Notes under the pieces: generated by a model
What the model saw: only the letters and a program-made list of their open reading frames with translations
Database searches by the model: none
What the model was told of the DNA's origin: nothing
From: Acholeplasma sp.
GTDB lineage: Bacteria; Bacillota_I; Bacilli_A; Acholeplasmatales; UBA5453
Length of the DNA: 64,000 bases
Assembly: GCA_036677365.1 (NCBI GenBank)
Contig: JAVBWN010000014.1
Coordinates: 96,001-160,000, forward strand
Direction of reading: 5' to 3'
Position numbers and translations under genes: made by a program
Shown here: positions 40,722 through 50,902 of the stretch, piece by piece
Layout: each line of letters begins with the position of its first letter
Position numbering within the stretch: position 1 is the stretch's first letter

Positions 40722-41903
40722 ATGAAAAATGAATCGTTTTGGGTCATCGGTAGTGGTACCTTATCACTCGATGATTCATCCACATTAGCACTCTTATACC
40801 AGCCACTCATCGGCACCGAAAGCCATGGGTTGTATTTGTTTCTTCAAGCACTGGTGAATGCGAAAACATATCAATCTGAAGTCTACCCAAAATCGTTTCT
40901 TTTAGATGCGTTAAACCTCAAGGATAAAAATTTGAGTGACGCCTTTGGTAAACTTGAAGCGGTAGGATTATTATCCACGTATCAAAAAGATACGATTTTT
41001 ATGTATCGTTTGACGATGCCACTCACCCCTAAGCAATTTTTCTTAGATGGCATTTTAGGTAGTTTTTTGAAGAGCGAAATTGGTGAAAGTAACTTTGAGT
41101 GGCTTTTTGAACGGTTCGCCATCCCCGAAATCAACCGTGTGGGCTATGAAAATATCACCAAATCTTTTGACCAAGTATACCAAGTGAAAACCCTCGATTC
41201 TGTGTCGTCTTCACTACATATTGTAGGTCGAAAAAATGGTTCAGGGATTGTCATCAACCAAGACTTTAAACTCGATCAATTGTTTGAAGTCTTGCCCGTT
41301 CGACTACAAAAGAAACGTATTTTTACTAAAAAGATTCAATCTCAAATCGCCTCCATCCTCTATGTCTATGGGTTTACTTTGGAAGACATGAAACAAGTAC
41401 TCATCGAAGCGTATGATGAAGACCATAGTGGTTTGTTTTATGAGAAAATCAATCTCTGTGCACAAAGATACCATGAAAAACACAATGGTAAAGAACGCAT
41501 CGAAATCGATTTAAAAGGCGATTCAGAACGTCCGAAATTATCGGATTTTAGCCCGCAAGATTTGATCAGCCATTACGCTCCAAAAATGACCAACAGTGCG
41601 TTTGCTTTAGAGACGATTCGTCAGTTTGTCGAAAGGAATGCGGTAGAAGTGGGTGTCATCAACGCGGTCATCATCATTTGTTTGAGAATCAAACCCGATT
41701 TACCGAACTTAAATTACTTAGAAAAAGTCCTCAATACACTCTTACAAAAAGGCATCACAACCGAACCAGAGGCGTATGAGTATATCATGAAAGACCCTGA
41801 ACCCAAGGTCGAAAAGAAAACGTATTATCCAAAAGAAAAACGGGTTGCACCTGTCCCTGAGTGGATGGATGAATTCAAAGCATTGTTGGAAAGTGGGGAT
41901 TAA
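40722..41903 (+). CDS. dnaB: Replication initiation / helicase loader DnaB (Firmicutes type)
   Basis: LLYQPLIG, LEAVGLL, PEW C-terminus; upstream of dnaI. Confidence 0.85.
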   Translation: MKNESFWVIGSGTLSLDDSSTLALLYQPLIGTESHGLYLFLQALVNAKTYQSEVYPKSFLLDALNLKDKNLSDAFGKLEAVGLLSTYQKDTIFMYRLTMPLTPKQFFLDGILGSFLKSEIGESNFEWLFERFAIPEINRVGYENITKSFDQVYQVKTLDSVSSSLHIVGRKNGSGIVINQDFKLDQLFEVLPVRLQKKRIFTKKIQSQIASILYVYGFTLEDMKQVLIEAYDEDHSGLFYEKINLCAQRYHEKHNGKERIEIDLKGDSERPKLSDFSPQDLISHYAPKMTNSAFALETIRQFVERNAVEVGVINAVIIICLRIKPDLPNLNYLEKVLNTLLQKGITTEPEAYEYIMKDPEPKVEKKTYYPKEKRVAPVPEWMDEFKALLESGD

Positions 41904-42731
41904 ATGGGCAGCTTAGATCTATTAAGAAAAGAAATTGCATCGTTTTCTGAAACCAAAGATTTAAACGTCAGTGATTCCGATGTCATCACAGTGGTTCAAT
42001 ACATCGATTTAAAAAAAGCATATAACCCTAAAGACCCAACTCAAAAGTTTGAACCTGTATTGGTGATTGAGCCTTTTGTCACCATCGAATACCGTGTGTC
42101 GGCAGCGTATCAAAAAAATGAAATCGAACAAGGCAAACAAAAGAAGTTGGACACCACCTACCACAACGATTATTTAATTGATGCGAAACTCGCTGATTTC
42201 AAGTTATTTAACGATGAACGCAGAGAAGCACTAGAGGCATCCAACCGTTTTATTGAATCCATCAAACCAGGCGAATTTGTTCGTGGGATGTATTTTTATG
42301 GTAAATATAGAACTGGGAAAACCTATCTACTCTCTGCGATTGCCAATGCACTGATTGAAAAAAACATTTCGGTTGTGTTTGCATACTTCCCAGATTTGGT
42401 TAGAAACATGAAGAATGCATTTGCTGACAATTCGTTAGAAACCAAAGTCAAACAACTCAAATCCTGTGGGGTTCTCATTTTAGACGATGTGGGCGGTGAG
42501 TACATGACCGCTTGGTTTAGAGATGAAATTTTCGGACCGATCTTACAATACCGCTTGACTGTGGGGTTACCTGTGTTGATCTCCTCAAACTACAAGATGA
42601 CCGATCTACACCGCGTGTTCGCAGAAGCCAAAGATGGTGTCGATGAAGTGAAAGCGATGCGAATCATGATGCGCATCCGCGAACTCACCAAAGAAATCAA
42701 ATTGTCTGAAAAGAGTTATGATTCGATTTAA
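41904..42731 (+). CDS. dnaI: Primosomal helicase loader DnaI
   Basis: GKYRTGKTY, LILDDVGGE..TAWFRDE, SSN. Confidence 0.9.
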   Translation: MGSLDLLRKEIASFSETKDLNVSDSDVITVVQYIDLKKAYNPKDPTQKFEPVLVIEPFVTIEYRVSAAYQKNEIEQGKQKKLDTTYHNDYLIDAKLADFKLFNDERREALEASNRFIESIKPGEFVRGMYFYGKYRTGKTYLLSAIANALIEKNISVVFAYFPDLVRNMKNAFADNSLETKVKQLKSCGVLILDDVGGEYMTAWFRDEIFGPILQYRLTVGLPVLISSNYKMTDLHRVFAEAKDGVDEVKAMRIMMRIRELTKEIKLSEKSYDSI

Positions 42732-42732
42732 C

Positions 42733-42760
42733 TTGACAGGGCACTTTAAAGTGCTATAAT
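42733..42760 (+). promoter_or_regulatory. Sigma-A promoter of thrS leader
   Basis: TTGACA-N16-TATAAT with TGn. Confidence 0.85.
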
Positions 42761-42767
42761 TTATATG

Positions 42768-42970
42768 AAAAGCGAAGAATAGGCCATGATTTTTATACCC
42801 AAAGCGATGTAGGACGGTGCAAGCTACAACCATAAAAATTACTCCCTATGAGCTGCCTGCGAAAGCAGATGCCGTCTAACCGCGTTAAGGTGTTGAGTGC
42901 TAGAGTAATCTAGAACTAAGGTGGTACCACGATGATTCGTCCTTAACTTTTTGTTAGGGACTTTTTTATT
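42768..42970 (+). ncRNA. T-box riboswitch (thrS)
   Basis: Stem I with GA motif, AGCGA bulge and GGTGCAA loop; T-box AACTAAGGTGGTACCACG; terminator GTCCTTAAC...GTTAGGGAC-TTTTTT. Confidence 0.93.
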
Positions 42971-42987
42971 CTAAGGAGGATAATCAT

Positions 42988-44913
42988 ATGAAACTACATT
43001 TACCTGATGGCAAACAACTCGAAGTTGAAGTTGGCATCAATCCATTACAAGTCGCACAGTCGATTTCCATGTCACTGGCGAAAAAATCAGTGGCTGCACT
43101 CTATAACGGTCAAGCGATTGAATTAGAAAAACCGATGTTTGAAGACGGTGCATTCAAACTGCTTACCGCCGCAGACCCGGAAGCATTTGCTGTACTGAAC
43201 CACTCTACAGCACACCTTTTAGCACAAGCGGTGAGAAGTTTGTATCCACAAGCGTGTTTTGGTGTTGGACCATCGATTGAAGAAGGATTTTATTATGACA
43301 TCGATTTGGGGGATGTGAAATTCACGGATGAAATGTTGCCTGAGATCGAAAAGAAGATGGCCGAACTTGCGAAACAAGGCTTTGCCATCCATGGCAAAGA
43401 AGTTTCTTATGAAGAAGCTAAAGCCATTTTTAAACAAGACCCCTATAAACTTGAATTGATTGAAGGGTTAAAAGACCAAAAGATTTCTGTATACCAACAA
43501 GGCGATTTCATCGATTTATGCCGTGGTGGACACGTATCCAATACCAAGGAAATCAAGTATTTCAAACTGCTCAACTTGGCAGGCGCTTATTGGCGTGGAA
43601 ACAGTGACAATAAGATGTTGTCACGTGTCTATGGGGTTGCATTTTTTACCAAAGAAGCCCTCGATGCCCATCTAAATATGCTTGAAGAACGTAAACAGAG
43701 AGACCACAGAAAAATTGGTAAAGAACTCGATTTGTTCTTAATTTCTAAAGAAGTGGGATCTGGTTTGGGTTTCTGGCTTAAAAATGGGGCTACCATCCGT
43801 AGAATCATCGAAAGATACATCACCGATAAAGAAATCAGCCTAGGTTATGAACACGTCTATACCCCAATCATGGCGAATGTGGAACTTTATAAAACCAGTG
43901 GACACTGGTCTCATTATAAGGATTCGATGTTCCCACCGATGGACATGGGCGATGGTGAATTGTTGGTATTAAGACCAATGAACTGTCCACACCACATGAT
44001 CATTTTCAAAAATGAAGTCCATTCCTATAAAGAACTCCCTATCCGCATCGCTGAACTCGGGATGATGCACAGATATGAAAAATCAGGGGCACTCTCCGGA
44101 TTACAACGTGTACGCGAAATGACCTTGAATGATGCGCATATTTTCGTCAGACCAGACCAAATCAAAGATGAATTCAAACGCACTGTGGACTTACTCCTCA
44201 ATGTGTATAAAGATTTCAACATCCATGACTATAAGTTCCGTTTGAGTTACAGAGACCCTGAAAACAAGGAAAAATACTTTGATGATAATCAAATGTGGGA
44301 AAATGCTCAAAAAGAACTCAAAGAAGTGATGGATGAACTAGGAATGCCATACTTTGAAGCGATTGGTGAAGCGGCTTTCTATGGACCGAAACTGGATGTT
44401 CAAGTCAAAACAGCTTTAGGTAACGATGAAACCTTATCCACCATTCAAATCGACTTCTTATTACCGAGACGATTTGAACTCACTTATGTCGGTGAAGATG
44501 GTAAAAACGACCAAGTCCCTGTGGTCATCCACCGCGGGATTGTTTCCACCATGGAACGCTTTGTGGCTTTCTTAATCGAAGAATACAAAGGTGCATTCCC
44601 ATTGTGGTTATCGCCAGTTCAAGCGAAGATTTTACCGGTAAACTTAAACTTCCATGCCGACTATGCCATCGAAGTTCAAAAACAATTATTAGCCTTAGGG
44701 TTTAGAGTAGAAGTGGATTTGAGAAACGAAAAACTCGGTTATAAGATCAGAGAAGCACAAACCAAAAAGGTGCCACTTCAACTGGTCATTGGTGACAAAG
44801 AAGTTGAACAAGGCGGCGTCACATATCGCTTATACGGTAAAGAAGAACAAATCTTCTTACCAATGGCTGAATTCGTGGCTTGGTTCAAAGCTTATAACGA
44901 TTCGAAGAAGTAA
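42988..44913 (+). CDS. thrS: Threonyl-tRNA synthetase
   Basis: [34 protein letters not shown]. Confidence 0.99.
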   Translation: MKLHLPDGKQLEVEVGINPLQVAQSISMSLAKKSVAALYNGQAIELEKPMFEDGAFKLLTAADPEAFAVLNHSTAHLLAQAVRSLYPQACFGVGPSIEEGFYYDIDLGDVKFTDEMLPEIEKKMAELAKQGFAIHGKEVSYEEAKAIFKQDPYKLELIEGLKDQKISVYQQGDFIDLCRGGHVSNTKEIKYFKLLNLAGAYWRGNSDNKMLSRVYGVAFFTKEALDAHLNMLEERKQRDHRKIGKELDLFLISKEVGSGLGFWLKNGATIRRIIERYITDKEISLGYEHVYTPIMANVELYKTSGHWSHYKDSMFPPMDMGDGELLVLRPMNCPHHMIIFKNEVHSYKELPIRIAELGMMHRYEKSGALSGLQRVREMTLNDAHIFVRPDQIKDEFKRTVDLLLNVYKDFNIHDYKFRLSYRDPENKEKYFDDNQMWENAQKELKEVMDELGMPYFEAIGEAAFYGPKLDVQVKTALGNDETLSTIQIDFLLPRRFELTYVGEDGKNDQVPVVIHRGIVSTMERFVAFLIEEYKGAFPLWLSPVQAKILPVNLNFHADYAIEVQKQLLALGFRVEVDLRNEKLGYKIREAQTKKVPLQLVIGDKEVEQGGVTYRLYGKEEQIFLPMAEFVAWFKAYNDSKK

Positions 44914-44930
44914 TTTTTTAACCATAAATG

Positions 44931-44956
44931 AAGGCCCATGCATGGGCCTTTTGTTT
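44931..44956 (+). terminator. Terminator after thrS
   Basis: AAGGCCCATGCATGGGCCTTTTGTTT. Confidence 0.85.
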
Positions 44957-45122
44957 AAATATAAATAAATTCAAAAAAATTCAAAACATCTATTGAAAAT
45001 TCATAAAAAGGTGTATAATAAGGTTGACATGAGATTTTGTTCGATACGTTTAAGATTTATTCTAAAGCATGACAGTGTTTTTTTGGTATGCGAACAATTA
45101 ATAATATTGAAGGAGTGAAACT

Positions 45123-46025
45123 ATGTTAGAAGTGAATCACGTCAAAAAGAATTATGGGTCACTGACTGCGGTCAATGATTTGTCTTTTTCGATTCAACCA
45201 GGTGAAATCTTTGGGCTATTGGGTACCAATGGGGCAGGGAAAACCACCACATTTAAAATGATTTTGGGTTTATTAGAACCCACCGAAGGCAACATCCGTT
45301 TTCATGGTAAAAAGATCTCTTATGATGATGTAGACCAGATTGGCTATATGATTGAAGAGCGCTCGTTACTGGTCAAATTGAGTGTGAAAGAATTGGTTTT
45401 ACATTATGGCGCATTGAAAGGTTTAGATAAAGATACCATCCTTGAACGTTTGAACTATTGGCTCAAACGTTTCAACATAGAATCCTATTTGGACAAAAAA
45501 ATCAAGGAACTATCCAAAGGAAACCAACAGAAAATCCAATTCATCACAGCCATCATCAACAACCCGAAATTGTTGGTACTAGACGAACCATTTTCTGGAC
45601 TAGACCCCATCAATACCAATAAATTTGTTGAAGTCATCCGAGACTTTCAACAAAAAGGGACCATGATTATTTTCTCTACCCACCAAATCGATCATGTTGA
45701 ATCCTTTTGTGAACAATTGATTGTCTTAGAAAAAGGGATTCCAGTCTTACAAGGCAAAATCAGTGACATCAAGAAGGACTTCAAGCGACACAACATCCGT
45801 TTGATTGGTGAGGTTGAAGAAGCCAAACTCAGATCGATTGAAGGCGTATTAGATGTCATCATTCAACCGAATGAGTGGATTGTTAAAATCGCCGATGAAT
45901 CGTTTTCTGAAGCGGTATTTAATTACGTGAAAACCTGCAAAAATGTTCGTAAGTTCGATGTTGAACAAGCGACTTTATCTGAAATTTTCATTGAGAAAGT
46001 AGGCGAAACTTATGAGCAAGTTTAA
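45123..46025 (+). CDS. ABC exporter ATP-binding protein (YhaQ/NatA-like)
   Basis: GTNGAGKTT, LSKGNQQK, LDEPFSGLDP. Confidence 0.93.
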   Translation: MLEVNHVKKNYGSLTAVNDLSFSIQPGEIFGLLGTNGAGKTTTFKMILGLLEPTEGNIRFHGKKISYDDVDQIGYMIEERSLLVKLSVKELVLHYGALKGLDKDTILERLNYWLKRFNIESYLDKKIKELSKGNQQKIQFITAIINNPKLLVLDEPFSGLDPINTNKFVEVIRDFQQKGTMIIFSTHQIDHVESFCEQLIVLEKGIPVLQGKISDIKKDFKRHNIRLIGEVEEAKLRSIEGVLDVIIQPNEWIVKIADESFSEAVFNYVKTCKNVRKFDVEQATLSEIFIEKVGETYEQV

Positions 46026-47325
46026 ATATTTACTCAAATATGGCATCAAACGACGTATTGGAACGAAGGCATTCTATATCGCCAACATCGTCATCTTCAT
46101 CGCCTTATTGGCGTTGATGAATATCCCAAACATCGTTGCTTTCTTTGACGATGGTGAGGCATCTAAAGAAATCGTTTATGTGGTAGATGATACCCAAAAA
46201 GGCCTCGAATCGATAGAAATCTTAGACCAAAGTGCACAAGCCCTCTTGAGCATGATTCCAGGGGCGAATGTCTCATTTGAACCACAAGCCACGGTAGACC
46301 CCAACAATTTGAGTTTTGGTGCTTCCAAAGCCATCATACATTTAACGGCCAATGGGGACATCTTGGTGGTCGACATTTATAAAAACGGTTTGGATACGTT
46401 GAATGAGACGGTTTTGTTACAAGCTTTATCTGTCTTAAAAGTCCAAGTATGGGCTGCCGATAAAACACCAGCCGAATTAGAACTCATCTCCGATTTTAAC
46501 CAACCATTGGTCTATGAGATCCACACACAAGAAGATGACCATACCACGAGAGATTTAATATTATCTGCCATCAGCGTGTTTGTCGCTATCCCCATCTTCA
46601 TCATGCTCATCCTAAGCGTTCAATTCGTGGGTGTCGATATCATTGAAGAAAAATCAACAAAAGCCATCGAATTTGTGATGTCTACCGTACCACCACAAAC
46701 CCATTTCATGACCAAGATTTTAGCGTCATTTATTTTCTTAATTGTCCAATCGGGATTGATTTTCATCTACGGGATCATCGCTGGGTTTGTTTCAACCACA
46801 GTCCTTGGTGCGACCAATGGTCAAATGTCGATCAGTGAACTCATTGGGATGTTGACTGAAACCGATTCAAACATCATCTCAAGTGTACTGAATGCCTTAC
46901 CGATGGCTTTATTCATAACCCTGATCTTTATGATTGTGGGTGGTTTGTTCTTCATGATATTCATGGCGACCCTCGCCTCTATGTCAACCTCGATGGAAGA
47001 CTTCCAATCGTTTCAATCGCCGTTCATGTTTACGATGTTGATTGGATTTTATGCTTCGATTTTCTCCATGTACATGGGGGATTCCATCGTACTGAAGATT
47101 TTAGGTTATATCCCACTATTTTCACCCATCGTGGTTCCGACCCTGTATATGAGTGGGGTCTTGGGTGTAGTCGATGTCATCATTTCATTTGTGATCTTAA
47201 TCGGGTCTACGGTTGGGATGTATTACTTACTCGCCCCAGTGTACAAAGCCTCCATCTTGAGTTATGACCAATCGCCATTTTTCCAAAGAATTAAAAAGAT
47301 GTTTAAACGCAGTAAAGCGATGTAA
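46012..47325 (+). CDS. ABC-2 type permease (YhaP/NatB-like)
   Basis: IIEEKSTKAIE, IPLFSP, multiple TMs. Confidence 0.88.
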   Translation: MSKFKYLLKYGIKRRIGTKAFYIANIVIFIALLALMNIPNIVAFFDDGEASKEIVYVVDDTQKGLESIEILDQSAQALLSMIPGANVSFEPQATVDPNNLSFGASKAIIHLTANGDILVVDIYKNGLDTLNETVLLQALSVLKVQVWAADKTPAELELISDFNQPLVYEIHTQEDDHTTRDLILSAISVFVAIPIFIMLILSVQFVGVDIIEEKSTKAIEFVMSTVPPQTHFMTKILASFIFLIVQSGLIFIYGIIAGFVSTTVLGATNGQMSISELIGMLTETDSNIISSVLNALPMALFITLIFMIVGGLFFMIFMATLASMSTSMEDFQSFQSPFMFTMLIGFYASIFSMYMGDSIVLKILGYIPLFSPIVVPTLYMSGVLGVVDVIISFVILIGSTVGMYYLLAPVYKASILSYDQSPFFQRIKKMFKRSKAM

Positions 47326-47330
47326 CCAAA

Positions 47331-47359
47331 GACTTCCCGAATTGGGAAGTTTTCTTTTT
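47331..47359 (+). terminator. Terminator after ABC permease
   Basis: GACTTCCC..GGGAAGTTTTCTTTTT. Confidence 0.78.
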
Positions 47360-47360
47360 A

Positions 47361-47467
47361 AATTAGATGATTATCTAATTAAACGGGTGTTTATTCAGAA
47401 CATTAATCATAAAAATAGATAAAAGTCTAACAAAACAGTTGACAAAATTAGATGAACATCTTATAAT
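47361..47467 (+). promoter_or_regulatory. MFS-ArsR promoter with three palindromic operators
   Basis: TTGACA(47439)-N17-TATAAT(47462); three TAGAT-N4-RTCT sites. Confidence 0.75.
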
Positions 47468-47492
47468 TGGTGTGTATTCAGGGGAGGTATCT

Positions 47493-48791
47493 ATGCACAC
47501 ACACATCTTAAAAAACACACAATATCGAAGACTCATCTTTGGTAAACTCGTCTCGCTATTGGGATCTAATATCATGCAATTTGCGCTATCGCTATACGTA
47601 TTGAATACCACAGGTTCAGCGACACTGTTTGCCAGCATGTTGTCGATTTCCATTTTACCCAGATTGGTATTCACCCCATTTGCGGGCGTCATTTCAGACC
47701 GTTGGCATCGTAAACACATGATTGTTGGACTAGACATGCTGAGCGGGGTTTTTCTCATCCTCACTGGGTTTTATTGGTTGGCCGATCAACAACAATTATC
47801 GATACTTGCCATTTACATCATCATCGTGGTATTGGAAATCATAGAAATATTCTTCCACGCAGCGATGTCAGCGGTCTTACCTTCAATCGTTCCAAAGACA
47901 CAATATTTAGAAGCCAATTCATTTCAAACGGTGGTTTTGAATATCGGCCAACTGCTTGCACCTGTGTTGGGGGCATTGCTTTATATGCATACCGATATGC
48001 TATGGATTTTATGGATCAACGGGTTGAGTTTTATCTTATCTAGTATCGCAGAGATGATGATTACCTTACCAAAACAGGTGAAGAACAATGAAAAAATGAC
48101 ATTCAAGGTGTTTTATCAAGATACCATGGCTGGGATCGATTTGATCCGTAAAGAAGCGTCTATTTCATCGATGATTTCACTCGCAACCATCATCAACTTT
48201 TGTATCGCACCGCTGTTTTCGGTGGGTTTGATTTACATCATCAAATCGGTCTTATTGGTCAGCGATTTTGAGTTTGGTTTTTATCAAATGGCGATTTCTC
48301 TATCGATGATTGTGACCCCATTATTCGCGGTTAAAATCATTAGACGATTTTCATTATCCAAAGTCTTTTTCCAGGCTTTTATGGGGTTGTCGTGCATCAT
48401 ATTTGTTTTAGCATTCATATTGTCCCCTTGGGCAATTCAAGCCGTGGGTGCGCTAAAAATCACATTTTATGTCATTTTGATTTTAAGTTTCCTAACGGGG
48501 ATGTTGGTCAGTATCGCCAATCTCGCGAACGCCACGATTTTTCAAAAAGTGGTCCCGTTATCGATGATGGGTCGAGTATCCTCGGTAATGATGTTGCTTG
48601 TTACCATATTTGTACCGATTGGGCAAATGATTTTTGGGGTGTTGTATGATATAATGGACCCAAGCATTGTGATCTTTTTTGCAGGATTGATTTTGATGGT
48701 TTCGGTAATTTTACACAAATCAAAATTAAACCAAGTCAATACCACAAAACAACCTAAAATAATCAAAGGAGTGGAAGTCGTTGGAAGTTAA
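47493..48791 (+). CDS. MFS transporter (DHA3/MefA-like)
   Basis: PFAGVISDRWHRK motif A, about 12 TMs, VPLSMMGRV; GGAGG RBS before ATG 47493. Confidence 0.88.
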   Translation: MHTHILKNTQYRRLIFGKLVSLLGSNIMQFALSLYVLNTTGSATLFASMLSISILPRLVFTPFAGVISDRWHRKHMIVGLDMLSGVFLILTGFYWLADQQQLSILAIYIIIVVLEIIEIFFHAAMSAVLPSIVPKTQYLEANSFQTVVLNIGQLLAPVLGALLYMHTDMLWILWINGLSFILSSIAEMMITLPKQVKNNEKMTFKVFYQDTMAGIDLIRKEASISSMISLATIINFCIAPLFSVGLIYIIKSVLLVSDFEFGFYQMAISLSMIVTPLFAVKIIRRFSLSKVFFQAFMGLSCIIFVLAFILSPWAIQAVGALKITFYVILILSFLTGMLVSIANLANATIFQKVVPLSMMGRVSSVMMLLVTIFVPIGQMIFGVLYDIMDPSIVIFFAGLILMVSVILHKSKLNQVNTTKQPKIIKGVEVVGS

Positions 48792-49812
48792 TTTTCTAAA
48801 ACAGGAATCACGTCTATTGGATTTATTGAAATTTGGTAAACTGTTATTTTTGACCGAAACGGAAAAAGAATTTGATGACCAATATCAAATTTGGATCAAG
48901 GAGATTCAAACCAAACTAGAACCATTCAGATCGCAAATTCAGTCATTTTATTTAAAAGACGAGTATGCAACCCAAGATTTGAGTCATCTGTTGTTCAATG
49001 CTTTTCCAATCCACGGTTTTGATCAACAGGGTTATTTCAACTATATACTCAGTCAAAACACCGATACACTTAAATCCAAATTGTATGAAGCACTGGTGGT
49101 TTCGAATCAAGAAAAAGTAGAATCACACCCCAATCCAATTGTATTTATCCAAGGATTGGATTTGGATAACACCTTTAAGTGGCAACTCCTACTGATGATT
49201 GAAAACCCAATTCAAACCATCCAATCGTTTACCCAACTGATGAAGCAATTAGAACCCCTCTTCAATCGTTACTATGACATGGTATCAAGTGCTGTCATTA
49301 CACTTGGTGAACAGATGTCCCACGAACTTTTAACCCAGGGCAGTTCAGTGATAGAAACATGGAGCCAAGGGCGAATCAAAGGGATGACGATTGAAGACCA
49401 AACGCTCAACCTCATGATTTCCGGGGTCTATCAATATGAAGTGATGATCAATCCGAAAAAGGATTGTCTCAATTTGGTTTGGGGACTTAAAATGAAACAA
49501 GCCTTTGACCACATGAGTCAAGCGGTTGAAAATAAAACATCAGAACGGGTCACGGTCTTTAAAAACCTCGGCGATAAAACCCGTTATGAAGTGATTAAAT
49601 GGATTTCAACGGGTCTCACCTCAGTGAAAGAAATCGCTGCGAAGATTGGTGTTTCCTCAGCCACCATTTCCTACCACATCAATGAACTATTGAAAAGTAA
49701 AATCATTACTCTGGAAAATCAAAACAAGAAATTTTCCTATGTCGTGGATTATGCCTATCTGAATGAAATCATCGATGAGTTGAAAACGGATTTGGATTTT
49801 CCAAAACCATAA
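48781..49812 (+). CDS. ArsR/SmtB-family regulator with C-terminal wHTH
   Basis: FKNLGDKTRYEVI...IAAKIGVSSATISYHINEL. Confidence 0.85.
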   Translation: MEVNFLKQESRLLDLLKFGKLLFLTETEKEFDDQYQIWIKEIQTKLEPFRSQIQSFYLKDEYATQDLSHLLFNAFPIHGFDQQGYFNYILSQNTDTLKSKLYEALVVSNQEKVESHPNPIVFIQGLDLDNTFKWQLLLMIENPIQTIQSFTQLMKQLEPLFNRYYDMVSSAVITLGEQMSHELLTQGSSVIETWSQGRIKGMTIEDQTLNLMISGVYQYEVMINPKKDCLNLVWGLKMKQAFDHMSQAVENKTSERVTVFKNLGDKTRYEVIKWISTGLTSVKEIAAKIGVSSATISYHINELLKSKIITLENQNKKFSYVVDYAYLNEIIDELKTDLDFPKP

Positions 49813-49819
49813 CACATAC

Positions 49820-49843
49820 GCCACCCTTAGGGGTGGTTTTTTT
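49820..49843 (+). terminator. Terminator after ArsR gene
   Basis: GCCACCC-TTAG-GGGTGGTTTTTTT. Confidence 0.85.
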
Positions 49844-49902
49844 GCATTTTTTACATGCCTGCGGGGTCGGTTATGTTATAATCATTGTCGAGGTGTTAAT
49901 TT

Positions 49903-50901
49903 ATGGCTACATATGAAGAACTTAAAAAACGCATTGAAGAACTCGTTGACCCAGGGTATGAAAAACCGTTAAGAGACGTCAATGGGATTAAAAAACTGAC
50001 CGTAGGTCCAACCGGTGTGGTGGATGTTGAACTCTACTTTTCCAAACCAGGCACGCCTGAAGAACAAAAATTTAAAATCAATTTAATCAAACTCGTGAAA
50101 GTCGAGTTGGGTTTCCCAGGCATCAAAGTCACCTTTGAACAAAACGAAGTTGTCAATGAAGGTGAAAAGAAAATCATTTATTTAGGCATCGCCTCTGGTA
50201 AAGGTGGCGTGGGTAAATCGACCGTTACAGCGAACCTCGCTGCGGCATTAACCCGATTGGGGAAAAAAGTCGGCATCATTGATGCGGACATTTATGGGGC
50301 TTCGATCCCACAAATCCTTAAAGTCGACATCAAGCCATTGTCAGGGACCGATGACGATATGATGATCCCTTTACAAAGCGATGGCATTGAAGTCATTTCC
50401 ACAGAATTTTTCATGCCAGCAGATAAACCCATCATGTGGCGTGGTCCGATGTTAGGCAAAATGCTTTCGCATTATTTCGGTGGGGTTGCGTGGCGTCCGG
50501 ATACCGATTATGTGTTAATCGATTTACCTCCAGGCACTGGCGATGTTGCCTTAGACATTCAAAAATTCGCACAACATACCAAGATGTTGATCGTTACGAC
50601 CCCACATGTAAACGCGGCACACGTCGCGGTGAAAGCAGGGCTCGGTGCACAACAAATCGGTCACGCCGTGATTGGTGTGGTTGAGAACATGAGCTATTTT
50701 TTAAACCATTGTAATAGAAAACGTGAATTCATCTTTGGTCAAGGTGGTGGCGATAAAGTGGCTAAACAATTGGGTGTCGATGTATTGACTCAAATCCCGA
50801 TTGGTCAACCAGTCGATGGCTATATCTTCCAAAGTGTTGAACCTGCAGGTTTAGCTTACGACCAACTCGCTTCAAAAGTCATCGATTTATTAGACGAGTA
50901 A
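49903..50901 (+). CDS. Mrp/NBP35 family P-loop ATPase
   Basis: ASGKGGVGKST, DADIYG, WRGPM, DLPPGTGD, ENMS. Confidence 0.92.
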   Translation: MATYEELKKRIEELVDPGYEKPLRDVNGIKKLTVGPTGVVDVELYFSKPGTPEEQKFKINLIKLVKVELGFPGIKVTFEQNEVVNEGEKKIIYLGIASGKGGVGKSTVTANLAAALTRLGKKVGIIDADIYGASIPQILKVDIKPLSGTDDDMMIPLQSDGIEVISTEFFMPADKPIMWRGPMLGKMLSHYFGGVAWRPDTDYVLIDLPPGTGDVALDIQKFAQHTKMLIVTTPHVNAAHVAVKAGLGAQQIGHAVIGVVENMSYFLNHCNRKREFIFGQGGGDKVAKQLGVDVLTQIPIGQPVDGYIFQSVEPAGLAYDQLASKVIDLLDE

Positions 50902-50902
50902 T

